Of a stretch of 64,000 nt of DNA, positions 24,408 to 36,087 are shown one piece after another; within the stretch, counting starts at the first letter, position 1, and each line of letters begins with the position of its first letter. Location of the stretch: contig JAQGDQ010000298.1 in NCBI GenBank assembly GCA_030141605.1, positions 62,001 through 126,000 on the forward strand, read 5' to 3'. Origin of the DNA: Tubiluchus corallicola. Lineage: Eukaryota > Animalia > Priapulida. The position numbers and the translations under genes are program-made. The notes beneath the pieces were generated by a model that was not told where the DNA came from, ran no database searches, and saw only the letters and a list, made by a program, of their open reading frames with translations.

Positions 24408-24979
24408 GGCATATAAATTTTTTTCCATCTATAGCTACAATAAAGTTGATAAAAACAGTAGATTTTTTGTTTTTTCTTCAGAAATTTATGCTTTTAACAT
24501 TCTTTGTTAGTATATTATAAATCGTTATTGTCTCGTGTCACAAAGTGGCTAAGAATTTAACGAAATCTCTCATAAGAATACTTTGTTAGAATTACAGATA
24601 GAAGAACTACCGGTTTTGTATGTCAGTCAATGATAAGAGGTGACAGTGAATACATTAAAGTACAATATACACTCTAAATTTTTATTTACAGGCAAGAGTC
24701 AGAGTCAGCGGCTTGGTCTACCAACTGTGATCAAAACAATAACCCAAACATGTGTCAGAAAATAACGTGCTTGTGATCATTAATCACGCGTTGGTCAAAA
24801 TGGCTTGAGTTCAGATTCGTCGTACATTTTAATGCGTTTGAACGAAAACAGTGCAACGACCAAACAAGGTATATATAATCTTCTATATCGCTAGTTTCAC
24901 ACTAAACTTCACTTTAATCACGATACGTTACTCTGTTATTAACTTTGGATAGAAGAACTTTATATGCGAATCGATACGA

Positions 24980-25503
24980 TGTCGCAGATGCGAGCGCTTA
25001 ATTTACAGTTTATTATTAATTTTGATTTGTAGTTTTAAACTTTAGTTCTTCATTACCACTAAGTCAGTGCTGACATCTGTTTCTACACTTGGAAGTTTCC
25101 AATATATGTATGTACTTGCTACTACTATATGTTTGTATGGAACTGGGTTACTTGGCTCCTCTGTGAATGTAGTAGTTTTTCACACTTGGTAGCAAGATTA
25201 GAAGACAGGCAATAAGATTAAACAGTTGTGAGGTTGTAATAACGTTGAGACTCAGGTGCCATGATATATTGGCTGATGGATTTACTTTAACTTTTGCTTA
25301 CTACTGTTGAATATGTTTACCATTTTCGAGTATATGTGGACTGACTGAGTAAAATACAGATCGCAAAGTTAGACCATGTTTTCATCCAGTGATTTCATCT
25401 GTTTAACATGAACATCGCAACTACAAAAACAGTCTGATAAACCTGCCAATGTCGGTTGTCGGCTTTCCCCAAAGCACCCCAGCGACAACTTTAGTGTCAC
25501 GAC
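24980..25503 (-). repeat. Dispersed repeat, inverted partner of 17874-18360
   Basis: Reverse-complement similarity over ~490 bp plus a ~35-bp insertion. Confidence 0.9.
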
Positions 25504-25928
25504 GTATGACATAGGAGTCAGATTAGATCGAACTGATCGTTCAAATGCTAAGATAACAATAACTCATCTGCTCTTTATCGAATCTTAAACAGAAGTGCAT
25601 TTTTTCACTCGCGGGATCAACTTTATTCAGCAGAGCTCAACACAAAAAGTAGACGAATCAGGCATTCTCAAAAAGCGTACATGCATACGCGTTGAGAATT
25701 CCCAGTCATAGATAAAGAAATAATTATATTTACACTAATGGCCTGGGTCACAATTAGGGTGACATGAGACTCTAATGAATGGTGAAAACAAACTGATTAG
25801 CAATAATTAGTGTAAAAATTGAAACTATTCTTATAGGGGGTGTTCTTGAGCAATACCAAACTATTGATTATACTAGCTTTAATCTCATACAACCAATGTG
25901 AAATAAAAGTTTCAAAAAATAGATTTAC

Positions 25929-26598
25929 CCTTATCTGATTCTTCGTTGGCCAGTAACGTTTTGCTCACATCATCCAAGTTAATTTCAACCGTTCCTGCAC
26001 CCTTCAGAGATATTACATCATCATCATCGTCTCCGTCGTCATCATCATCATCATCATCACCACCATTGTCATTAACATGAACAGCATTCCTGTCATCTAG
26101 ATCCTGAAAACTTTCCCTGTCAAATTTGAATTTCATGGCAGACCGATCTTTGAGTCGCCGCTTTCCAATTAGGACCCGCCTAGACTTGCTAATATCTGGC
26201 AGCTCCTTTGATTTTTCCAATTTTTTTAAAGTTGCAGAAAATCTACCATCTAATGAATCACTTGTCTTTGAAATATCGTTCATTTCTAGTGCAGTATCAT
26301 CAAGTACAACACAAACTTCTTTGCGATTGCTCTTAGTCTGAGAACTGCATCTATCGAGATTTGGTGGTTTATAGTTTGCACAAAGATTTTTAGGAGCACT
26401 TTCTACATCTCTTGGATCTAGTTGAACATCTTCAGTTCTCTCTGCTGCAGAGACATTGGTTTCAGTATGAGACACATTGTTAGATTCGTGATATATTTGT
26501 GCATACAATTGTGCTTCTATTTCAGGATCAACATAGTCACTGTCTGCATCACTTTCTTCAAGATCAGCCTCAGCGGCATCAAAATCATCGAAAAACAT
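25929..26598 (-). CDS. ZCCHC7: ZCCHC7 coding exon 1 (acidic N-terminus)
   Basis: MFFDDFD...VDPEIEAQLYAQIYH resembles the ZCCHC7 N-terminal VDSEVEFQLYSQIHY motif; acceptor at 26618 implies an upstream UTR exon; donor G|GTAAAT, phase 1. Confidence 0.88.
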
Positions 26599-27259
26599 GG
26601 TTGCTGGTTTAACGTACCTGTACAAACGAAAACTTTTTTATTTAAAAGAAGCAAATTATAAATTCGTAACGCATAAATTTTAAAAAAGCAAAATTTCAAT
26701 CAATAGCTTGAATGTTTGCTCAATTTGAACACTGAAGTTAAGAATTGTGACATATTTACGTTTTCCGTCAAAACGTTATGCAAACGAATTTTCACATTTT
26801 AATTTTCTCACAAAGAAAAAATTTCTGCTGCACACAGGTACACAAGGTACAGCACCTGCACCTACATGCACTTGCCATTTACTAACTGGCTAAGTAACAA
26901 TAAAAAATAGTACACTCCTATTATAAATATTTAAAATAATTTTTTTAGAGCAACAAAGTCAACAGTAAATGTAGACAACTTCTTTTTTATGCAAACGTAC
27001 TACATCACCAGTGTTGTAGCCATTCAAGCACACTTTATCAAAAATCAATTATGCTGTCCTACACTACCCACCGTCCTATGCTTTATGCTGTACAACTTTC
27101 TGTTTGTATATCTGGTATAGCTTTACAGTGAATGGCTTCATATGTCTATTTTATGTCTTGAACATGATTTAACACCTTGAATTCTATGCAATGGCTTAAA
27201 AGCAAAACTCGTTTGTAGAACTCAGGAAATGATTTAGCCTTTAAAGTTAAAAAGCACAA

Positions 27260-28780
27260 GTGTGGATACACCATTGAGCCCCTTCACCAAAATCGGAGAT
27301 ACCGTGGATACGCTCGATCCTCTTCACCACCAGTGGCAAGCAAGCAGACATCAATAAAAAGTGTCTGTTGGTGAGATCAACAACATGATCAACTTGATTT
27401 ACAAATTACACCAAATATCTTTGATGTCAGTTTGCCTTTACTGTTCACTTGTCTTTAATTATATTTTTAGTTTCAATAGCTTGTTAACATACATGTTAGT
27501 CAGTAGTAATCTATTTATGTTTCATTCACTTATATCTTATCTTGCGCAGATAGGCCCAACTTGTTGATATACACACCTTTACATTCAAAAAGATGCTCAG
27601 TAGTATCCTCTGCTACCTGGCATAAAGAACATTTAAGATCCCCTATATACAGATTTTTGAAATTTGCTTTAACGTCTATCATATTAAGTCTAATTGACAT
27701 AATATATTTCATTTCGTCTAACCTACATTTTTCGACATTCATTTGTCTTTGGAAAGTTATGTTTTTTAAAAATCTTAATTTTGTCATAGTTTCCATTTTA
27801 GCTTTAAGCTCTCTTTCTATAAATAAATGAATTTCATTCTTTACATACTTTTCCATCTAGATTTGGTTATTACATTTATATCCACTGTATTTCTATCAAT
27901 ATTGTATTTACTCATGATGTTTGATTTCTGAATACCAACATTTATTAAAGTTATTATTTATTTGCACTTTTAAAACTTTTGCCATTCTTTCATCATTTAA
28001 GTTCATTAACAGATGATAATACATTAATTTTTTATAGTCCATCCTACAAATCATTGGCCAGGTTTTTGTTTCACTTAACATGCCCCAATACGGCATACTA
28101 TATTTTTGACATAAAAGTTTTGCTAGTGCTTCTTTTTGTATGCTTTCTAATTTATCTATTTCTGATTTGGTGAGATTGGTCCAAGTCTCAGCATTATTGA
28201 TTATTGATGGTATTACTGTGTAACAGCTGTAACAGTAGTTCCAACTTTAGATTCATTACCAATGTTCATTATTTCTAAATCATAAATTTCATTTTATCTT
28301 TTCTTTTTTCAAACGTAAGCTGATAATTATTTTTGCTATTAAACCAATCTCCCAGGTATTTATATTCATGAGTTCATTTAATTTGGCCATTTTCTACATT
28401 CAATATTAATTCTTTATTGTTTCTCTTTTTTGTCATATTAGTTGCCATGTATTTTGTTTTTTTTAAGTTGAAGGTAGTCATTTTTTGAGTTTCCATCTCC
28501 CTAAAATTCTCTGCTGCTTTAATCACTGTTCCTGCAGTCCCTACTGATAACACACCATCCACGTATAACAGGGTGCCAATTTCTAAATCAGGGCCAAACA
28601 TAGTCACTGGATGATACTGTATATCTATTATATCGTTCATAGTTATCCCACATAGTGTTGGTCCTATTGGGGTCCCCTGCCTTACATTTTCAGTTAGTTT
28701 AAAACTTTTAGTAAATCCAATAGGTGTGTTAATTTTGGTATAATTCACAGTTGAGCTTATAAACTAATAATGTGTCACGA
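27260..28780 (-). mobile_element. Degraded non-LTR retrotransposon (RT plus C-terminal Cys/His finger)
   Basis: VRQGTPIGPTL and LLYVDG RT motifs; CSLC...EDTTEHLFEC; ORF broken by frameshifts. Confidence 0.85.
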
Positions 28781-30736
28781 GAATTAAATCCTAATTTCCA
28801 TAATTGAAAAACAGACCTCAACAAAAGGTGTCCATTTGCAATTTCAATTACATGAATTTACTTTACTTGTAAATCACACTACATAGACCATTCACTTTGT
28901 TGTGACTTCTTTACAGTTTCCTCGTCTTTTATTATAATATTAACTGCAATATTTCATTGACAAAATTTGACATACGTTCTAGTTTTTCTTAGTTAGTTTA
29001 TTTATATTTGAACTGCTTATGTCCTACACTGAAAGGCCCCAGTGATTGGCACATATTGCTTGACATTTAAAAAGATGTTCCGTAGCATCCTCTTCTATGC
29101 AACACAACAAACATGATCTTACACGGTTTTTTTTAAATTTGCTCTAACATTAACCATAGGCATAGTAAGCCTTATAGAATAGTGGTTATACTTAGCCATA
29201 ATTTCCTTCAGTTAATCTAATCGAGACTTTCAAAGCAATAAAATTAAACGTACTGTCTACTTCTGCAGTTAGGTAGAATAGCTTCGGTGAATTACAACGC
29301 CCACTTAATTTTTTTAATCTTCTTAGAATCAGTTAAAGCAAAAGTGTAGTGCACCAAACCGACCACGCGTCAGACATGATTGAGAATGAGATGGGAACGA
29401 CGAACTATTAAAGCGCATTTTAGCAATTCCGACAGTTAAACATCTGCTTCAATTCAGTACAGGTATATTAGCAGAGCACACATTGAATCATCAGCTAGGA
29501 CCCTTGGGTCGATTGTACATCGTTCAACTATATGTACACACTTCTTTTGTCAAACAGTGTTTGTTGCAATAGTCCTGTAACTTTTGTATTACACTACATA
29601 TCCTGTTTCATTTTTTAATTAACATGGCTTGCCAAGTGAATTAACCCCTACAAAAAGAGCCTACATAAAAGATTTGCCAAGAGTTGATTTTACATTAATT
29701 TTCTTGTCATCAAAATGCTGTAAAATTTTTGCTATAATTATGCACACTAGCAATAATTTATTGTAATATTTTTTAAGATTCTACCTTTAGTGTCCCTTGC
29801 TCTAGGGATATCTAGGGCTGATGAGGACGAGCGCCAATCATCGTGACATCACTGCTATGAACACAAGGGATTTTTGGTATTCCCAAACACTGCTGTATCT
29901 AATTTAAAACTGTAATTTCTTTTTATTAGGGCTTACTGCACTACATTTAGAATGTCTGGCAGGCACACAATACTACTTAAAATGTCCGTCATTATCTTTC
30001 ACGTCTAGCATCTTTTGTCTTTGGTTTAAGGCATTTTAACTCTGGTGTTAGTTATCGGCACTCTACATTATATCTCTCACATGATCCAGACTTTATCCAA
30101 AGATAAAAGGGCCTAAATGGTAATTTAACTATCTGTAAATGGTCCTCTCTCAAATGTCCTTTGAAACTGTCAGCGATGAAGCACTAAAAGACGATTCCAT
30201 CGCTAAACTACGCGATGCACAAAGAAGCGATTGGATGCTGGTTCTAGCTATATTCATAACCACAAAGAACTCTGTGAGGCCTGGAAAAAAGTCTGTATCT
30301 GTCTGAGCAGTGTTTCCACTAATTATTTTGAATCAGTTCATAAGGTTTGCAGTCTCATGCCTTTGCTCAAGAGTAAAAATCAAAGAGGGATCCAAGTCAG
30401 TAGCAAGACGAGTGCATCTGTCCTGAGTTTATTCAAGAGCATAGAGCCATTGCATATTCCAGCACAGGTCGAACAACAGCTTTATAGAAAGGAATAATTA
30501 CACCTGCATTTCTCGATATAATTCAGCGCTTATAATATTGCCAATATGATGGTTTGCTTTTGCAATGATATGGTTGAGATAGGAATTCCACATGAGGTCA
30601 TTAGAAATTGTTACAAATACAACTTTTCTCAACGATTTGTTTTTCTTATTTTAAGAAAAATGTCATGAATTTAGAGTGTTTTCTAAATAAATATAGTTGC
30701 TATGATTAATTATATCAATATTTCAGTTCCTGGTGG

Positions 30737-31023
30737 TTGGCGTGAGCATCTGTACTAGAAAGCGAATTGATTCGAATCGAATTTGCGAGTTTCAAATATG
30801 AATCGAACCGAATGATGTTACAGAGTTCATGCGTATTAATTGATTTTGTAAATCACTAAGGGTTTGTTAAAAATTTTGCACAGAAGCTGCATCTAAATTG
30901 TGCTAATTGCATGCTGTTTCAAACATTTTATTGATAAAGAAATGATGTGTCTGAAGTGCAGAATTATTCAAATTTATAATTTTCTGGTTCAAATCGAATT
31001 CGAACATTCGATGCTCACCCCTA
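30737..31023. mobile_element. hAT-like MITE, family B copy 1 (TTCGAATCGAAT-rich)
   Basis: Ends GGCGTGAGCATC / GATGCTCACCCCTA; core TTGCATGCTGTTTCAA...CTGAAGTGC shared with 62753-63068. Confidence 0.65.
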
Positions 31024-32304
31024 CATGTTGGACGTCCATATGCTCACGTATTATCATTATACTGTTCTTATAAGATTCTTGCATGTCTATAAAGTGCATG
31101 GTATTTCGCCCGTTCGATTTGAAAGCCAAGGCCAAATGGCCAGTGGCCAAGTCTATATGGTATTGCACGTGAAAGTAAACTGAAATCATTTGCGTTAAGT
31201 TTGAAAAGAAAAGTTTTCGCTTGGAAAAATGGACTGTTCTGCAGAGAATGAGAAAAATTTAGATATTTTAATGTTTTTTTTCCAAATTTTATGGTAGCAG
31301 CTGCAGTTTACTATGACGTGATGCTGGCATTCGTTGATAGGCCACTGGTATGACAAGATTTAATCTACGGGAAAGTTTTGTATCCTGCATTTCCTGGACT
31401 TGTAATAACATTTGTTTTCCAACAAATAGCATATCATATTATCAGTTATCATAACTGTGCCAGAAAATGAGATGTTAATACGAAAATTTTAGCGTTCATT
31501 ACAATCACAAAATGGTTATTCTGATTTTTGCAAGTACATTTTACAACGATATCAAATTGCTACGAGAAAATAGTTTTTATAACTGCAAGTTAAATCCCTC
31601 CCACATTACAACATTTTCTTAGACCGGTCAGTGGTCTGATCAGAAGGACGACGGAGAAGAGAATTCCTGGCTACTATGCGTACATTTCCTACAAGTTTTT
31701 TCAAAAATTTGAATGGCCTTTAAAGCCCTTGACTGTCGACTGTGACTGCTTCGTCTGACAGCTCATTTCACCCAATGTTATATACAATTATTAGATGATA
31801 TAGATGGTTATAAATTTGCAATAGTAAAATTGTGTAGCCGATTTTAGGGTTTTTGAAAGCATAGGAAGGGCTTTTTATTTAAAAAAAAAAAAGTTGAGAG
31901 ACTACAAATGGTCAATCTGTTATACAGTGACGTGTTCAAATGAGTTCTTGTAATAATGTGTAATTTTGTATGTCACCCCTTATTACATTACTATGATTTG
32001 TTTACACAAAAGATGAGAAGGAAGATTAGAAGTTTAAATATTATGTTTAATAGTGTATATTACAGATGTCACGAATCTGAAATTACCTAATCCGAATCTG
32101 AATTTAATCTTAGTTTAAAATAATTTTCGAAACCGAATCGAATTTGAATCTCAAGTTTTAGCTATTTTTTAGATTGAATCTTATTCGAATCTACACAGCT
32201 TTTATCAAATTTGAACCAAGTGATAAGGCTGCAGTGCTTTTCAGGAATAAAGATTACAGATGGTCTCTTTGAGTAGTGGCCAGCACAGTTGATAGTAATT
32301 CTGC

Positions 32305-33237
32305 TTCTTCTTCAAAATCTCATTCCACCTGTTGTAGGCATTGAGGTATCAACATTTATCAGAGTATTCCACCCTCTTCTATCTGCAGCTAACAGCGTAA
32401 GTTCTTCTATTCCTAAAGATAGATTTGGTTGAAGTTGTTGAACATCTTTATTTATCTTAGCTATCCAAGTTGTTTTAGGTTTACCAGGTGGTTTTTTGCA
32501 AGGTTTTAGGGCTTCCTTTAAGGCGATTCTTACTGGTGCTTCATTTGGTATTCTTAGAAGATGTCCTAGCCATCTTAATCTACGGATCTTGACTTTTGAA
32601 CTCCAATAAATTTCTTTAGTTCTGGTGTATAAATCTTCATTTTTGATTATGTATGGGCATCTTATCTTTAAAACTTTCCTAAGAAGACTTCTATGAAATG
32701 TGTCAATCTGCTTTTCTTGAGTAATCGTTAAACCCCATGTTTCACTGTTGTACATAAATATGTTGGTAACATAAGCATTAAATAGTTGAAGTCTTACGTT
32801 AAGACTTAATTTCTTGCTAGTTAATACATTCTTGTGCTGAAGAAAAGCATGCATTGCTTGTTGCTTTCTACTTTTAATATCATCTTCGGTGCTTAGAAAA
32901 GTGCCCATGTACTTGCACTTTTTCCAAGACTGATTACCATCTCTTGCAATAATATATTCTTCTGTTTTTCACTGGTTTACTTGAAGATTTCTTTTCTCTA
33001 GTTTTTTTTTTGGAAAATCCCTTTTTATTGTGTTAGTTTGAAAATTTGATACACTAATCCATCCAATATCGTCTGCGTATTGTTGATCAATAAGGAATGG
33101 TTCATAGGATTCCAAAGCAGGATAGGAATGATCCAGAATATGTTGAGGAAGGTTATCACAGATAGTGGTATCGTAATTATGATCATCATTTGGAGGAGTG
33201 TGGATCTTTGCTAGGTAGAGTGTGAAAACTATTGGAC
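32305..33237 (-). mobile_element. RTE-clade LINE remnant, 5'-truncated
   Basis: QYADDIG RT motif (~33065-33085); YNSETW, RRLRWLGHLLR, GKPKTTW, AADRRGW motifs; GAAGAAG tail. Confidence 0.88.
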
Positions 33238-33752
33238 TAAACAGTCCCCAATAATAATATTATTAATAACAATAATAATATTATAATTCTGCAATAACAA
33301 AAACTATGATTTAGTTCTGCTGAAGTAATACAAGAAACCTTAGCATTTTTGTTGAAACTAGCTGGTAAAATTGTAATGTGGTGCATCCTTTTGTGTAGGA
33401 TTTCATGAGTCTGACACATGCCAAAACTGAATATGGCGACATTTGTTTGTTTCAGTTAGGACAAAATTATCAAAAAACGCAACGATTGAAGAAGCTTTGC
33501 TGAAAAATTTATTGGTAAAGGAGTGTATAATTGTTTCTGCAATACAATGCTTCAACAACTAAAGCTAAACCTAACTTTTTTAAAAAAGCTGCCAAATCGG
33601 GTCTAATCTAAAGCAACATAGAATTTCAGCGAATTGCGTCAAATTAAAGCTGGATTTGGATTCGGTTTCAAAGCTCTGGTTCTGCAATTAATGTAATTAA
33701 CATATCTAATGCAGCTCAGTTTTGTAATAAACGTTCTCATTTTTATTCCAGG

Positions 33753-35340
33753 ATGGATATAATGAATAATCCGCCACACAATAAGGACTATGGCAGCTTA
33801 TCTTATCTTTTGCAAGCTATGGAAGCCAGTTGTTTCGCTGGCGAGAGTGAAGATACCCAACAATATGACGACACGGCTGAAAAAAATGATACCAGTCAGG
33901 ATGATGTAAAGAATTCTAACTTTGTTAGAAGCGATCAAATAGAGTTTCTAGATGAAGGAGCTAGTCAAAAAGATCAATCTCTTGATTGTAATGAAATTAG
34001 TGAAAATGAATTCAATAGCGAGTCAGAACAGCATAATATCAGAAATGAACAAACTGGGAAAAGTGGTGACAGAAGTACCGATGATGCTGCAGAGGGAAAG
34101 GTAAAGGAAAAGGTGAAAGATTGTTTGCCAAATGATGAAAAACCTGTGAAGTTTACAAGATCAATTTTGAAGAAATCAGTTACAAAAAATATTATTAAGA
34201 CGTTGAATTTCAACAAGTCAATATTGAAGTCGAAAAAATCTAGCGGTAAGAACAAGAAGAGGCATCATTCCAAGCGCAATACAGAAAAAACAAATCTTAA
34301 AATTCAAGCTATAGCTGAAAAAGAGAGAACCGAGAAGTCTCATCTATGTGCTACTTGTGGTTTGATGTTTGACAGACCCGGGAGATTGAAAAATCATTAT
34401 AATGCTGTACATACAAATGCCAAAGCTCACGTTTGCTCGATATGTGGTGAAAAATTTCGGTTAAAATTACAGTTCAACGCTCACGTAAAGTCTCACAATG
34501 AAAATCGCAGGTTTAAATGTGAAACGTGCGGGTTGTCGTTTAATTACAAACATGTGCTCCAGAAACACCAGGCTTCTGTGCACCTTCGTGAGAAACCATT
34601 TCGTTGCAATTTTGAGGACTGCGGGCAACTCTTTGCCCGAGAGCACCATTTGACTAATCACATGCTTCGACACACTGACACCAAACCGTTTGAATGTAGA
34701 CCTTGCGGTAAAAAGTTTAGGCAGATTAGTAACTTGAAAAGTCACGAAGATCGATGCCATGAAAAGAGTCTCTGTCAATATTGCGGAGTACAGATTTTTT
34801 CTGGAGACAATGGAAAGGCTCTCCAAGAACACGTCAGCTCTTGCCGTGCGAATAACGTCCAATCATCCACTTTCAGTCAGACCTGTCTCTTTTGTAATAT
34901 CAGTTTTACCCAGCAGTCTGAGTATGATTCGCACATGGCCGCTATGCATTCAGATCAGTTTTCAAGTATTTTTAATAGGCTGCAGCATCACAGCATTCCG
35001 ACGAGCAATTCAAACACCTTGACGTCAGATAGTCAGTCATTCTCATGTCATGTCTGCTCCAAGACGTTTCGCAACGAGTCGTCGTATGTAGAGCACACTC
35101 GCACACATACCGGTGACAAACCGTTTAAATGTGACCTCTGCTTGCGCTACTTCATTTCCAATTCGAAGTTACGGAGACACTGGAAGATGAAGCATAGTAC
35201 AGAGATGCTGTACAACTGTCACGTGTGCAATGAGAAGTTTCACGAAGCAGTGAAACTTCGACGACATTTTCATGAAAATCACTCGGTTGCTGATAAAGAG
35301 CCTATTAATCCAGCGGTGACCACGACTGTACCAACTCAAG
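33753..35340 (+). CDS. Multi-C2H2 zinc-finger protein, exon A (~10 fingers)
   Basis: Acceptor ttattccag| just before ATG; repeated CxxC-x12-HxxxH with a TGDKPF linker; donor CAAG|GTATGC, phase 1. Confidence 0.9.
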
Positions 35341-35425
35341 GTATGCTTCTCGCTGTTACTAATTAATGTATGCTTTTTATAGCTGTTTTGTTTTCCAATT
35401 ATCAGATTATATTGCAAAAGCGTAA

Positions 35426-36036
35426 CCCTTATAGGGTCACGATTTTTTACAACCGATTTTGGTAACCGGGGGGTAAAAAATTACCGCCACCATAATTTGT
35501 AAATTACTTTTGATAATCTGCCGTGTTTCATTAGTAAACAGCAACAAATTATGCTGACCACCATAGGATACCTTATACCTCTGCTTAAAGACGTGACTTA
35601 CTGGTAATACGAAATTTAAATTCACTTAGTTACGTTCCCTTATCTATGCCGGAATAACTGTAGACAACCGACATTGCTAGCGCCTGTGCAAAAATCATTG
35701 TTATTTTGAATTTATTGTCTACCACTAGTTGTGAGTAGACTAGTTCTATGTCAGCATGCAGACGTCTGACATTTTGTTTTATCAGATACATCGCCCATAT
35801 AATGTATAGACAAGCAAAGTAAAGTTTCGACAATTTTAAAAAATCGACATATTGCATCTTCAATTTTATTTCTTGATGAGACAATGCGCATAAAATAAAT
35901 AACTGAAAGTATTTTGTGCACAAAACACATTTAGAAAAAGTCATAGAAAAAGTTTACTGGGATGCGCATGGTAAAAGGGTAAAATGAAAAAAACCGGTCT
36001 GTGGTAATTTTTAACCCCCCAGTGACCCGATAAGGG
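35426..36036. mobile_element. piggyBac-type non-autonomous element, copy 2
   Basis: GTAA|CCCTTATAGGGTCAC ... GTGACCCGATAAGGG|TTAA; same family as 4796-5392; fills most of the zinc-finger gene intron. Confidence 0.88.
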
Positions 36037-36087
36037 TTAAACAAGTTCATAATATTATTTGTACAAGAATTTTTGAAATGTTTTTAG

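Noticed and set aside
29812-29860. CTGATGAG hammerhead-like core
   Set aside because: No GAAA at the required position and no convincing stems
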